Shown here: positions 23,453 to 37,611 of the stretch, in pieces
Layout of the letters: each line of letters starts with the position of its first letter
Position numbering within the stretch: the first letter of the stretch is position 1
NCBI GenBank assembly: GCA_030390025.1
Contig: JASTWF010000345.1
Span: 248,001 to 312,000, forward strand
Length of the DNA: 64,000 bases
Direction of reading: 5' to 3'
Source: Squalus acanthias
Taxonomy: Eukaryota
The notes under the pieces: generated by a model
Seen by the model: only the letters and a program-made list of their open reading frames with translations
Database searches by the model: none
What the model was told of the DNA's origin: nothing
Position numbers and translations under genes: made by a program

Positions 23453-23637
23453 GTGGAGAGAGAAGCAGAGTTAACGTTTCAGGTCGATGATACTTCGTCA
23501 GTTCTGACGAAGGGTCATCGACATGAAACGTTAACTCTGTTTCTCTCTCTACAGATGCTGCCTGACCTGCTGAGTATTTCCAGCATTTTCTGTTGTTATT
23601 TCAGATTTGCAGCATCCGCAGTATTTTGCTTTTGTAT
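23453..23637. mobile_element. Penelope-type fold-back mini-element (same family as 8740-9662) with two hammerhead cores
   Basis: Inverted arms centred on ttcgtcag-tt-ctgacgaa. Plus-strand motif agtt-CTGACGA-agggtcatcgacat-GAAA-CG-TT-aact at 23500-23536; both helix II stems carry mismatches. Confidence 0.8.
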
Positions 23638-23676
23638 GTAGTATGTAATGTTAGATAGGCTCCTTGGAGTTTTAGT

Positions 23677-24812
23677 CAGAGTCATAGAGGCACAGAAGGA
23701 GGCCATTCGGCCCATCGAGTCCGTGCCGGCTCTCTGTAGAGCAATCCAGTCAGTCCCATTCTTCCGCTCTATCCCCGTAGCTCTGCAAGTTTATTTCCCT
23801 CAAATGCCTATCCAGTCTCCCCTTGAAAACATTGAGTGTCTCCGCTTCCACCACTTCCATCAGCAGCGAATTCCAGGTCATCACCACTCGCTGTGTAAAA
23901 CAGTTTTTCCTCACATCCCCCCTGTATCTCTTGCCCAAAACCTTAAATCTGTGTCCCCTAGTCCTTGTACCATCAACTAGTGGGAACAGCCTTTCCCTGT
24001 CTAGCCTATCCAAACCCGTCATAATCTTGTACACCTCTATCAAATCACCCTTCAACCTCCTTTGCTCTAATGAAAACAAATCCAGCTTCTCCAACCTGTC
24101 CTTGTAGCTAAGATCCCCCATACCCAGAGCCATTCTGGTAAATCCCCTCTGCACCCTCTCAAGGGCCTTCACATCCTTCCTAAAGTGTGGTGACCAGAAC
24201 TGGACGAAATACTCCAGTTGTGGCCTAACCAGCACTTTATAAAGGTTCAGCATAATTTCTCTACTTTTGTACTCAATACCTCTATTTATGAAGCCCAAGA
24301 TCCCATATGCTTTGTTAACCACACTCTCAATATGTCCTGCCACCTTCAGGGACCTGTGCACATTAACTCCCAGGTCCCTCTGTCCCTGCACACTCTTTAA
24401 AATTGTACCATTAAGTGTATATTGCCTCTCCCTGTTCCTTCTGCCAAAATACATCACCTCACACTTCTCTGTATTAAATTCCATCTGCCACTTGTCTTCC
24501 CATTCTGCCAGTCTTTCTATGTCCTGTTGCAGTCGATTGGTATCATCATCACTGTTTGCCACACCCCTAAGTTTGGTGTCATTGGCAAATTTAGAAATTC
24601 TACTCTGTATTCCAATATCCAGGTCATTTATATATATCAAAAAAAGCAGTGGCCCCAGCACTGACCCTTGGTGGAACACTACTGTCTACCATCCTCCAGT
24701 CTGAAAAACAGCCATTTACCACAACTCGCTGTTTTCTGTCCTTAAGCCAATTCCTTATTCAAGCTGCACTGACCCACCTATTCGATGAGCCTCAATTTAC
24801 TTGATTAACTTT
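23677..24812 (-). mobile_element. CR1 LINE 3' fragment
   Basis: 309-aa ORF QGSVLGPLLFLIYINDLD...KFANDTKL...GYGDRAEEWD-like end, plus a CR1 tail. Confidence 0.93.
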
Positions 24813-26016
24813 TGGGGGTGAGAAGGGAGAAACTTTGCAGAACCTTTCCTCAGAATATTAAATGGGTGGAGCAGAGGCCATGGTAGGATCCATTGTTCAT
24901 GGTCTGTAGAAGGAAAAGAATTGATGGGATAAACTGCATTTTCCTCTTCTATACTCTCATATGTTCTGACAGTTCTATTCAGCACAACCTGGATCCCAGC
25001 ATTACCACTGGTGTCAGAAGATCAAAGAAACTACTGGTATCCAACCAGCTGCTGCACTTTTATCAAATCTAATAAGTTATTTCTTGGTACAAAAGGAATT
25101 CAGGAAAACCTGCTATAAATAAGCTTGATAGCTACAGTGAGTAGAGTGCACGCAAAGTAAAGCTCTCTATATTTGCTTCAATCGTGCTGGATTTTCTAGA
25201 CTAATGCTATTTTGCCATCTGGATTTCTTTGTAAAATAAGAATTACGACTACAACTCAGCACAAGGTAATCACTCCGATTCATTTACAGATGTAGAATGC
25301 TGTTTAATCACATCCTGTAATCTGATCTAAAGCGGACAGTGACAGCTGTTCTCACAGAATTAATGAACTGTACACATCACAGATCAGTGCATGGCTAAAC
25401 CTAATACTGGTACATACAGGCAAGTTTCAACACTACTGAAAATAACTTAGACAGTGTTAAATAGCAAAGGATCTAATGTCATGGAATTACCTGTCTGTAA
25501 AATACCCATTCATCTTCATTACACCAGCCATTGCAGACCAGAATACTCCAAATAGGAGCTGTCAGGCACAACGATGCACCTGCTGGTCTAATAACACAAA
25601 CGTTTCCTCAACCAACATATGTGTCGCAAGCTCAATGCAAAGTGAATTAAGGCATGCTTTAATTAAAAGGAATTAATTTTATGAAGGAATGAACTATTCC
25701 TTCAGCAATAAAGCATCAGAATTGAAACAGCTGCAAATGTGCAAATGTTTCAATTAAGCAGAGCAATGAGCTACATCAAAATATACAGATTTTGCGCAAG
25801 CATTGCAAACGCTGACATTAGAGGAGATTATTACAGACAATTCATTTGGATGCAAGCCCACTGTGTGGAGTTCTGCACAAAGCCTTTTTAAATACTTTGT
25901 CACTAACTGCTTCTTTACTGAAAATTGTCAACACGACTGTAGTTATATTTGGCACGGTCCTAATGTATCAAAACGCAGTAAAGAGTAAAGATTTATAACA
26001 ACAACTTGCATTTATA

Positions 26017-26143
26017 GGTCAGCCTTGACTCAGTGGTTAGCACGCTCACCTCTGAGTCAGAAGGTTGTAGGTTCAAGTCCCACTCCAGAGATTTGCGCAC
26101 ATAATCCAGACTAATACTTCAGTGCAGTACTGAGGGAGTGCTC
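26017..26143 (+). repeat. DeuSINE tRNA head fragment
   Basis: gtcagccttgactcagtggtt...ggttcaagtcccactccagag matches the head at 16070-16203. Confidence 0.8.
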
Positions 26144-27139
26144 CTTTGAACCTTTCCCAGGGCCTCAATATCACCCACCATGTGAGGGGACCAAAACTGG
26201 ACACGGTGGGTGCAAGTTGAAGAGCCGGGCTAAATTATTATTGTCCTATCTTCAACCTGCGCTCATGTCTAGCAAGGTTCTGTATTGGGAGTTGATTTTC
26301 AAAATGTTTCCCCTTTAATGTCCACCTGAACATGCATGGGGTTCCTTGGTTTAACATCTAAATCTTAAGTACAGCACCTCTAACAAGGCAACATTCTCTC
26401 TGTGCTGCACAAACCTAGTAGCCATTCCACTGACACAGAAATCTTTTCCTTTCCATCCTGGTTGCTATGTTAATTGTCAGCTTATCTAGGATAAGAATAA
26501 CCATCCTACTCCACATCATAGCAACTATAATATGCACATCCCACGTATGAATATCTGGTTCGAGCTTACAAAACATAAATAAGTAACCAGTTATTTCGTA
26601 CTGCTTAATAAAACTACAGGACTATCTTCTATACAATCATGCTAACATGTGCCACTGACATAAATTTGACATTATACAAGTACTGACACCATTCACATAT
26701 AGTATTTTGTGCCAGACATGATGAATGGATGGAGCATGTACATCTTGTGTAAATGTTTCATTTGCAACAAAGCCTCTACGTGACACTAAAGCTTTTGAGA
26801 TGGGTTTAGACTTCGAAATCCTGGTCTCCTGCAATTTGTCATTCCCTTTGAAAGCAAAATTTTACAAATGTTTTGATTATTTACAGACATATCTATGAAT
26901 ATTTTATCTGTTATTACTATTGATGGCAGTTCATTTAAACTTGCTCAAAATGGGGTCAATTTTCCTGTTCACTGCATGGGCAGTAATCTGGCAGAGCGGA
27001 TTGCCCACTCATTATAGAACCTGTCCCAATTTTTAATCCGTTGAAATCAATCCCTAGTGGATTATGGAATGCTTTTGAATTGCTGAAAATACCACTGAAA
27101 ATTTAAGCAGGCTAATAATTATGAAAATCTGTAGCATAC

Positions 27140-27508
27140 ATAGAAAGAAAGAACTTGCATTTATATTGCACCCTTCAGATCCTCAAGCTATCCCAAAGCA
27201 CTTCACATCCAATTCATTACTGTTGAAGTGTAGTCATTGTTGTAATGTAGGCAAACACAGCAGCCAAAGTGCACACAGCAAGGTCCACCTTCAGCAATGA
27301 GATAAAAGACCGGATAATCTGTGGGGGGGTGTTAGTTGAGGAAGAAAGTTTGGCCAGAACAGTGGGAGAATTTCTCTGCTCTTTTTTGAATCGTGCCGTA
27401 GGATCTTTTACATCCACCCGAGAGGGCAGATGGGGCCTTGGTTTAACATCTCATCGAAAAGACGACACCTCCAACAGTACAGCTCTTCTCAGTGCCAACC
27501 TAGATTAG
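27140..27508 (-). repeat. Decayed DeuSINE body and tail
   Basis: Homologous to 15743-16110 (cttgcatttata, gaagtgtagtca.tgttgtaatgtagg, ggatcttttacatccacc). Confidence 0.82.
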
Positions 27509-29544
27509 GTACTGGAGCAGGAAGGTGGCTCTGATAACAGTCATCTGGGAGTGGTTAGAATCTAGCATCCCTTGAGTTTATGACAGGCTGGGAAAAAGGG
27601 AACGTTCCGGTTTGTAGAAAAGGGTCAGGACAGGAGTGACCAAGAGCAGAGTGAAGGCCAGGGACAGCAGAGCACAGTTCCAGGAGTATGGCAGCAAGAC
27701 CACATAAACAGAAGAGACCAAGATTGCACGTGTGCACCATTGAGGGGGGGGGGGGGGGGGGGAATGAAAGCAGCAATGAGGGGCACTGATTTCTCAGGCA
27801 CTGGAAACATTGCGATTGAAAGCCCAGCTGGAGGTGTGAAGCTCCAGCAGCAGACCAGAGGGCAAGATGTGTAAGCAGAAATTGAAAATGGTTCTTTAAA
27901 ACTGAAGTACCTCATACAATTATTCAAAGAACTGGAAGCTAACAGAAGTTAGTAAATTTGCTTCTGAAATGAGGATCTGGTACCAACATCTGCTGCTATT
28001 TGTTAGCTGTTATCACTATTCAATTTAACCATACCTCCAGGCAAACAGACACAGTTGAAAAAAATTCAAGCTGTCCAAACTGGATGCCACTGTCCAATCT
28101 GCTGTGTCAGATTGTTGATGGCGCATTGTACCGCAGCTCCCACATCTGATGCTTCCTGGGTCACTTCATAAATATGCTGTGCGCTGGTACTAGTGTGAGC
28201 CTTCTTGCCGCAGTCTCCAGTTGCTTCAGTATCAATCCCAGTTCGTGTTCTCTGCCTCAGCCACTGCACTGTCTTGTAACGTACCCTGCCTGTTCCAAGT
28301 TTCCAATTTTGTTTCATCAGCAAGCAAAGAAAAATGGGAAGAGATGAAAAGGGAAGAGATGAATAAATAAGAAATGAATCGAGACTTCAAGGGAATGGTT
28401 GATGATGATTAAAGGGATAAATGGAACTGAATAAACTAATGAGCATCTTGAAATGATGGTACAGCAGTGTAACATATGATATAAGAGTGAGATCTAATTA
28501 AAGCTGAGAGATTTCATGACTTTATAATAAGACTATAATCAAGCATGTAACATTCATACACAGTAATGCAATGCAATTTTTAGCTGATTTAAAGAGTACT
28601 TACAGAAGTACTTGTAATTCAATAAAATTATAATATAATTAAGTTAACATCTTCTATGGCAATGCTTATGGATAGTCTAAGGTGTGGCGCACCGTTTGTG
28701 ATGTTGAGCTGCTAATCTGGCCTGTCCCTTTAAGATTACTGCTCAAGTACTCACTATAGGGATGCATGTTTCCATTGTAGAGCCTCTGCAGCTGGAGGTG
28801 CTGATCAGGAAATCATCAATGTGCTCCCCATGATTCTCCATCTGTTAAAATTAAAGGATAGAAAATCACGAGTTGTGCGCCCACAATTTCCCGATATGTG
28901 CTCGCAGTCGGCGAGACTTCTTCCCAGGAGCACAATTTCATAAAATTGGGCCTGTAATCTAAAGAGGTAAATTCAGGTGATTGCAGCTTCTTGTAAACTT
29001 CAGGCTCCGGATCAACGACTGGCTTTCTTTCTCTCTTCTCAAGATTGTTTTGCATCTGCAACAAAGTGTGCAATTTTGATGTGTGATAGCTGAAGTGTAA
29101 TGGCTGAAATGTGACAGGTACAAGAATCTAATTTATACTCGTGGTGTTGCTCATGTGTAGTTGGAGGATATGCTGTTTTAGAAGAGCAGGAGAATGATAT
29201 CATTTAAGAGAATGTATTATTATGGTGAGGTATTTCAGCTGTTGATTGGAATAAAGGGAATGCTGTTTAAATGAAGGTAAAATAGATGAAATCAGAGAGA
29301 GAAATTACATAGAAATTGAAGTTAAATTAATTGAAAACTGAGATTTGATTGTATATGCACAAGTTTCTATATATTTTTGAGGTTTAGAAAAAAAGTAATG
29401 TGAAATAGATTAAATTGTTTATTTAAAGACATTTATATATATAGTATATATTCTATCACAGCATATATATTTTGGTATTTATATGCCCTCAGTTTTCTGC
29501 TCTTCTGATGGAAGATTTTCACTCTACACTGAGCTACCTGTGAT

Positions 29545-30500
29545 GTGCAGCAGCTGGCTCTCCTCCTCCTCCGGATGACCTCTGCTTTGCCACTTTCCAT
29601 TTGCTTACCATGGCCGCTGACTCCACTTAACCTTCAGCACTTCTCAGTTACCCTTCACTTGAATAGATTGGACCAGTTCCTGCAGCTTCTACTGCTGCTC
29701 CTGATCTTATGTGCTCCTCACCTCTCTCGCTGTTCCACGGACCAGCTCCCCCGTCTGCATTGATCCAGTGGATTTACCTTTTTCCGTCCTCTGGCTCTCT
29801 GCGCTTTACTGCTCTTGGCCCTTGGGTTTCACTCCCACTGCTCCTCACACCTGCGCTGGTATACTGGATATTGTTGGTGAGCACTACTAATCAGCAAGGC
29901 CAATACTTACCTTCACTAACCTCTGCTGGGTCATGGTTGACTTTTCACGTCTCCTCGGTTCTGCATTTTCAGCTGGACATCCTCCAGCAGTGCGACCACT
30001 GATACTCTGCCCCTCAAACAGCTCGAGGACTCATTCGCCCTCCACTACTGTCTCTGAACCTGGACATTAGTTTGTCGATGCTGCAAGCTGACTCCCCCTG
30101 TCCACATTAACTTCGTCCAACCACAGGATCTTTTGATTTTAACTTGGACTAACCTATATTGTCTCCTTCCTTTTCCTCTGTTTACAACCAGAACATATTT
30201 ATCCTAATTTCTACACCTATGCAACCTGAATTCCCTTTGTGTCCAATTGCATGCACATTTTGGCTGCCACTCTGGACTCAAGCCCATTATTTCTATCTCT
30301 TTATTTTTCCTCCTTTCTTGACCCCTTTTCTCTATCTCCCCTTCATGTCACCTTTAATTTCTCCTATCTCAGGTACTTTGCCTCCCGAATCCCTACCCCA
30401 ACCTTTCACTATTCTGCTGCCTTCCTACTCTACTGCCACAGTCCCAGGCTTGATTCTCCCTTTGATAAGCACACTGCTACCCTCTGTCCCTCTCTCGATG
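29545..30500 (+). repeat. Very old C/T-rich LINE (L2-like) remnant
   Basis: Strong pyrimidine skew typical of L2 sense strands; no clean motif read. Confidence 0.35.
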
Positions 30501-31496
30501 TTCTCCAAATGGGCCATTGAGCAGGCCCGGCTCTTGCTCCACTTATCTGTATCCAATTTCGCAGAGGGGGCCTAAACCAGGTGTTAGGCCCCTCATTTAA
30601 ATATGTAAGAGACCTAACGCCTGTTTCAGGTGGTCACCAGGGATGCCTGAAAAATGGCCCGACCCAATATCGGGTCGGGCATCTTTCAAGCGTCATTTGG
30701 GGGTGGGATGTTGATCCCCAAAATTGACCCTTGTTTGGTTGTTTTATACCCGTAAAATGGGTGCAACAAGGTCCAATTTCTACTCCATAGACTCACATGA
30801 ACCCCAAATATAGCAAGATCAATTAGGGATCCTTAATCAGTTAGTCACCATAGTCTGCCCCTCCATTCAGTTTGCTGCCAAGCCTAATCCGTTTCCAAAC
30901 ACCATATACTCTACATTTTTATATATAATCATTAAAATTCCTTTTAAAACACCTGGATCAGATTTATCAAAAGGCCATGTCTGTTTACTCTATGGACCCC
31001 CATGTGCATCAAAATTAATTGGTTAAATGTTGTGCATAAATAAATCATAATGTAACATTTTATTAATCAATTTCAATTCACATTTTGATAACTTGGGACA
31101 GTAAAGGTTTTGTACAAGAAATTCAATTGGTTTCTTTAAAACTGTGGCTATATGTACTATTTAAAACTGTATGGGTTTACAGATAAGGTTGAATCCTTAA
31201 ATAACAGACTAAACATAAGTGCACACTGTCCCTGGAGTAAAGCTTCATTAGATTTTGATAAATGGGTGAGTAGAAAGCAGTATAATCAGAATAATTATAT
31301 TAAAGCAATAGCTCTATGCAGTTTGAACAAAGGTCAGATTCAATGTCTTTTTCTTGTGACAATGCATACTGGGTAGAATATGGAGCCAGGTCAATACTAC
31401 ATTATAACCAAGGTCATGGTATATGAGTGTTCTGTTAAGGGTGAGAGGCGAAAGAATATTTCATGTAAGTTTCATGTAATGAATATTTCATGTAAG

Positions 31497-31945
31497 CTGA
31501 CCTACATTGGCTCCAGGTTAAGCAGCGCCTCGATTTCAAAATTCTCATCCTTATTTTCAAATCCTTCCATGGCCTCGCCCCTTCCTATCTCTGTAATCTC
31601 CTTCAGCCCCACAACCCACCAAAATATCTGTGCTCCTCTGATTCTGCCCTCTTGAGCATCTCTGATTATAATTGCTCAACCTTTGGTGGCCGTGCCTTCT
31701 GTTGCCTAGGCCTTAAGCTCTGGAATTCCCTGCCTAAACCTCTCCATCTCGCTACCTCTCTTTCCTCCTTTAAGACGCTCCTTAAAACCTACCTCTTTGA
31801 CCAAGCGTTTGATCACCTGCCCTAATTTATCCTTATGTGGATCGGTGTCAATTTTTTTGTCTTACAATACTCCTGTGCAGCGCCTTGGGACGTTTTACTA
31901 CGTTAAAGGCGCTATATAAATACAAGTTGTTGATGTTGTTGTTGT
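31497..31945 (+). mobile_element. L2-clade LINE 3' fragment
   Basis: ctgacctacattggctcc (DLHWL), FKILILIFKS, ttaaaacctacctctttgacc, and tail aaaggcgctatataaatacaagttgttg(ttg)n. Confidence 0.88.
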
Positions 31946-32297
31946 AAGTCTGACAGTAACAGAATGTTACAATGCAATTTTTCTTTTCAGTTTTCTGGGC
32001 TTATAAGAGTATTATAAGCACATACATTTGAGGTTTCTAGTGCAAAATATTGTTCAGAATATTCCTGAACAAGCTAAGATCATATAATAGTGCTTCAGAC
32101 TAGTGAAACCTTAAGGTCCAGTGTGTAACTGAAAGAATCATATTTTAATACTTAGACAGAAATTTGCCTCCAATACTCTGTTGTTTTACTGCAGCATTGG
32201 CTACAGTTACATCGGCGTACCTACATAACATTGTTATGCTTCAGTGATTCTTCGGTTGATACATTAGTGATGCATCTTGAAGCAACACTGGTCTTTA

Positions 32298-32862
32298 TAA
32301 GAACATAAGAAATAGAAGCAGGAGTAGACCAATCGGCCCCTCGAGCCTGCTCCGCCATTCAATGAGATCATGGCTGATCTGATCCAACCTCAACTCTAAA
32401 GAACACAAGAAGTCGGAGCAGGACCAGGCCACTCGGCCCCTGGGCCCGCTCCGCCACCCACAGGGCCTTGACCGATCCGAACTCAGCCTCATGTCCAATT
32501 TCCAGCCCGCTCCCTGTAACCCCTGATTCCCTTTACTTCTAGGAAATGGTCTATTTCTGTTTTAAATTTATTTAATGAAGTAGCTTCCACAGCTTCCTGG
32601 GGTAGCAAATTCCACAGACACACTACCCTCTGAGTGAAAAAGTTTCTCCTCATCTCAGTTTTGAAAGAGCAGCCCCTTATTCTAAGATTATGTCCCCTAG
32701 TTCTAGTTTCACCCATCATTGGGAACATCCTCACCGCGTCCACCCGATCAAGCCCCTTCACAATCTTATATGTTTCAATAAGATCGCCTCTCATTCTTCT
32801 GAACTCCAATGAGTAGAGTAGAGTCCCAATCTACTCAACCTCTCCTCGTATGTCCACCCCCT
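32298..32862 (-). mobile_element. CR1 LINE 3' end with duplicated 3' UTR stem-loop
   Basis: EFRRMRGDLIETYKI...FFTQRVV ORF end; two tandem tail units at about 32298-32399 and 32400-32490. Confidence 0.9.
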
Positions 32863-33164
32863 GCATGTGCAGCAGGAAATCATTTAATGTCAATAACATT
32901 GATGTATACTACTAACATTCAATGTACTTCAGCGGAAGAGAAATAAATGGTGGTTATGTCAACATCTTGTTGATACCTTTTGAAATATTCTAATGTTAGC
33001 AATTTCAGCTGTGAATTTTTCAAATAGTTTTACCCTCGGAAGTTTTTAATTTTCCTCTTACATCAGTTTATTTGTAATCTCAAAAAAAATCTAATGTATA
33101 CACATTGATGCTGTAATTCCATACTTTGGCTGGAACTTAAGTGGGAGTCCACCAGAATGGCCAC

Positions 33165-33588
33165 AAATTTGCTATGAGGAAAAATTGGATAGGCTGGAGT
33201 TGTTTTCTTTGGAACAGAGGAGGCTGAGGGGAGATTTAATTATGAGGGCCCTAGAATAGGAAGGACCTATTTCCCTTAGCAGGGAAGTCAATAACCAGGG
33301 GGCATAGATTTAAGGTCATTGATAGAAGGATTAGAGGGGAGTTGAAGAGAAATGTTTTCACCCAGAGGGTGGTGGTGGTCTGGAACTCACTGCCTGAAAG
33401 GGTGGTACAGACAGAAACCCTCATTGCATTTAAAAAGTACTTGGATATGCACTTGAAGTGCCGTAACCTACAGGGCTACAGACCAAGAGCTGGGAAGTGG
33501 GATTAGGCTGGATAGCTCTTTTTCGGCCGGCACAGACACGATGGGCCAAATGGCCTCCTTCTGTGCCATAAATTTCTATGATTCTATG
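33165..33588 (+). mobile_element. CR1 LINE 3' end
   Basis: Highly similar to 7550-7970 and 46930-47240; ctatgattctatg tail. Confidence 0.9.
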
Positions 33589-35069
33589 GTTCTAAATTTT
33601 TCTGGGATCCAGTGAGTAAAATTGAAAGCCATGGAATTAAAGTGGCAGTGGCAGCAATGCGGTGAGCAGGTCTCCCAGCCGCCTGCTGAAGCGGACATGG
33701 ACCCCATTCCAAATCCTGGGGTCCGGTTCATTTTAATCATAGGGGAGGGACGCCTACACTTGTACATACACAACAGAGGCACCCCCAAGGGAAACTGGAG
33801 CCTTCACCCTAAGGAGATTGATTACCGTTACCAGGAAATATATCTGGGGCCTGCGGAAGGGATACTAGTGGAAGACTCGCTCACCGCCTGTTGATTGGGA
33901 TTTGGAACACATCTTCGAAGGGGGGAAAATACCCGGTGGATATGGGTTCCCCCCAAACTTCTGGCCTCCCATGGTAAATATGGCCTCTCCCACCCCAGAA
34001 ATTGTGACCCTCATGTTCCTTTTTCATATTCATGTGGCATGTTTCCTGGAAATCCATCTACAAGCATCCTATCAAATTCATGCAAAAACATTGGTTATTG
34101 AACAAAGTTACACCAATAAATGGGGCACAAGATTATCAGTGAATGAGATACGTGGGGTATGGGTGTTTAATGTGCTACAGAATGATTTATTTAAAAACAA
34201 AATAATTGTATGTGTGTCCTGCTGTTTGTATTTTGTTGTTTTACTCCATGAGATTGATTCACTTCATTGTACTAAGTATAGAAAAATGTTTTTGTCTCAT
34301 GGGTTCCTCTTATATATCTGCACCACTGGAGGAAATCATCACATCTAACAGGGATATGTAATTTGAATAAATGTGCTGGAATTGTGGAAGCATCAGGATC
34401 TGTTCTCTGATGTCAACGTTTCAGTGGATCATCTCCGCAACATCATGATTATGCCTTCAACTTGGGACCCAACATTCGGAGTCTAAGGTCCACAGTTTTC
34501 CAACTAGTGTCTTGCAGCGGCTGCAGCTGGCCATTAATTTGACTGAGAATAAACCATTGAATATCTGTAAATTCTACCATTCTTTCCCTCATGACCCCAA
34601 CGAGGAGTATCTGAGCTCATTGTGTATACACAGGAGCCTCTTGGGATTGATCTGACCCTTACCTCCCTGCAGATGTGTCCTAAGATGGGCCTGCTGCAAA
34701 CAGCATCAGTATCCTACTAAGGGCACTAGTGGAAGTGTGAGGAGGTGTTGCCATCATAAGGGAGAACATCACCATCCATGCCCCTTTTAGCTATGCCCCT
34801 GTTGATGGGCGCTGCCACTGACCGATTTGGCAGCAGTCATAAGGACACCACTGAGATTGGTGAAACCCTGCCTCATGGTTCTCTCTAACTGGTACCCTTG
34901 CCTGTCAAAGCTGGAAGAGATAGCCCATTCCAGGATGGAACCCCAGGTCTCTATGGCAGTAATCTCAGCATATGTGTTAAGAAGCATCGGCTGCCTTTCA
35001 GGCTTCTGTCATGGGAGCTCTGTTGCAGATGTTGCAGCACTTGCCACAAGTCCTATGGTGGACTGCAGT

Positions 35070-36010
35070 GTTGTGAAACCATCATTGCAATAATTCTTGT
35101 AAGGGGTTTTGGCAAAGATGAAGGTTGGAGAAAAATTAGGGATGAGGGATCGTACATAATTAGCTTTTATATAAAAGTAGAGAAGGTAAGAAATGAGTCA
35201 AAACCAAAGTTGATTGAATTAAGATAAGCAAACTACAAAGGGATGAAAGAGGACTTAGCCTAAACAATTCGGAGAGAGACGTTTTAACTAGTAAAACAGC
35301 AGAGGAACAGTGGGACATATTTAAATGTAAGATTAGTACAGCACATTCAAAAAAAGTTCCAATGAGGAAAAAGGAGGCTGTGTCATTCCATAGTTGAATA
35401 GTCACATGAGGCTGAAAATAAAGGATAAAAAAGAATACGACGAAGCTAAAGCTCATGACACAAAAAAGAGCCATGAGAATTGCCATAATCTACAAATAGA
35501 AACAAAAATAAAGTCAATATAAAGGATGACAAGAAAGACCAGAGCCCCCTCGATCCCTTCTCAGTGGAGTCTTACAATGCCATCGAAAATATCACTGCTT
35601 GAAAGCATCGAAACAGATGGGTGACATGGAAAATTTCCCCTAATTGAATTTCCCATCAACCCTCACATAGATCCTGGAACTGGAGCTTACATCTTGGATA
35701 CATTTTGGGAATGATCACATTAACCACAATGCACTTTTCCAGTCCCATACATTCCTATGTTTCTGTGACTATCCACTCCCATAGCTTCCAGCTTCTTCAT
35801 GATGGCCGCATGAGACACCAAGTGAAGAGCTTTATGAAAATGAACAAAAGCAATGTATGTGAATTTCCCCGAAGCCATATAATGTTCTTCAGTCTCGTGT
35901 AAAGCCCCAAAGTGGTCCATGTGTTCCTCACAAATCTGTACTTTAATTTCACGGAGGGACTCCAGGGCCTCCAATATAAATGTCACGATGACTCGAAGAA
36001 CCACCTTAAT
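35070..36010. repeat. Two heavily decayed CR1 fragments (plus strand about 35070-35510, minus strand about 35705-36010)
   Basis: gcaaactacaaagggatg and gaggaacagtgggacatatttaaa on plus; FVHFHKALHLVSH..KKLEAMGV (D.F.KAFD.V.H-like) on minus. Confidence 0.55.
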
Positions 36011-37371
36011 AGTCACTGATGTCAGCAAGTTTCCTTAGTAGTTTTGGATCTCATTAGGACTCCCCCATCTTGTGCATATAAACCACAGATGCAGTCTGGA
36101 ATGCTGAGGGTATGTGTGACTTGGAAGGGTGTTTCTTGGCATTGAGAAGCCATGTTTCTTGTACTTAACTGAGAAGAGTTGTTCTTTCAGCCATTATTGA
36201 TCTGATCATCTATTTCAGTATAGGAACTTTTTATTTTGCCCTATCTTGGAAATATTCACAGAGCTGGGAAATGCTGTAAGAACCAGGTGTGATATATAAT
36301 TACTGGAAAAGCCTTTTTACAGCATGAAGCAAATTGTTTTTGATATATTTTAATTAAATATATCAACTGGAAATTTGCACTATAGTTAAGAACATAAGAA
36401 TTCTTGAGCAGAAAATAGATAAGGAGCTGTCTCATAGAAAACTTTCTTCCCACTCCTGGGAGAAGCATGATTGTGACTGAAGATAGTAAGAGAAAAGATG
36501 CAATAGCGATGGCCGTGTGGGAAATGATGTGAAGGAAGAAACAGCTCAGTGGCTCTAGTTAGAAAAGTATCTTAAAGAGACAAGCATCCCTTGGGATTTC
36601 TCCAAATGATCTGCCAACTTATGTAGATCATAAAATCAACAAACAAATTCACCTTAATTTTGAACAATATTGCTAAAATTACACATTTAAACAAAACAAA
36701 AAATCTATTTTAATGAATACTTGGAACCTGCTGCAGATTTTATGATAGCGTTATTATTATGTGATTCAGTACAAGTGTCAGTACACACGTTTACACGTTG
36801 TCAGAATCGTTACAATATCAATATTATTACTGTAATGTAATGTGAACCAAATTTTTAAAAATGTATTATCCTTCTACCCTATTTTAATTTTCTTTTCTCC
36901 CTTTTAGACACCTAGGGCTTGATTTTAATAACGGAGGCAGGTTGAGGGCTCGGCAGCTTTCGGACCCGCACCCGGCTGCTGCCTCCCAGCACTTCCGATT
37001 TTGGCTTCATCGGCCTCGTTACGGCCGACATGCGGGTCCCTCCAGGTAATTGCTGGCAGGATGACAGTTTCTCACGTCTGATGACACGTTGTTTGTTTGA
37101 AAGTTTAAAGGGGCCATGTTCCCTTTGCATACAAATGTCATTGGGATGGCTTGGTGCTTTATTATCTTGAAAGGGGAGTTGACAGCGTCTGTTCTGAGCA
37201 AAATTTAATGAATGATATTGCTGGTCATATTATTCCAGAAAGAGATTCATGATTTTTTGATATATGACTTTATTATCTGACTATGAAATGAAAAAGATGC
37301 CAGATGTGTTCCAATCATTTGCTTAGTAATATTAATGCTTTTTCCTCTTAAAAATGCTGGGAGCTGCAGGA

Positions 37372-37611
37372 ATGGCAGCCCCAAAAACTAAGGCTGCACC
37401 CAGGTTCAATGAGGACTCTCTCCATGCTCTTGTTGAGGGAGTTAGAGGACGTCAGGAGCTCCTCTTCCCTGGAAACAGAAGGAGGAGGCCTCCTCAGCAA
37501 ACCAAGGCAGCTTAGCTGCAAATTGCTGAGGAGGTGAGCTCGAGGTCTGTGTGCAGACACACATGGGTTTGGTGTCGAAAAAGGTTTAATGATCTGCTGA
37601 GATCACCTAAA
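37372..37611 (+). pseudogene. Harbinger Myb/SANT-like DNA-binding domain exon
   Basis: MAAPKTKAAPRFNEDSLHALVEGV...KAA*LQIAEEVS...WCRKRFNDLLRSPK; single stop at the conserved Trp. Confidence 0.85.

Noticed and set aside
25490..25580. Minus-strand 89-nt exon candidate
   Set aside because: One open frame but a weak acceptor and no recognisable peptide.
27744..27762. Poly-G run
   Set aside because: Simple homopolymer of uncertain length; no supporting structure.
28066..28323. 85-aa minus-strand ORF near a pyrimidine tract and a donor-like site
   Set aside because: No recognisable domain, no AG at the end of the tract, and the frame stops before the donor.
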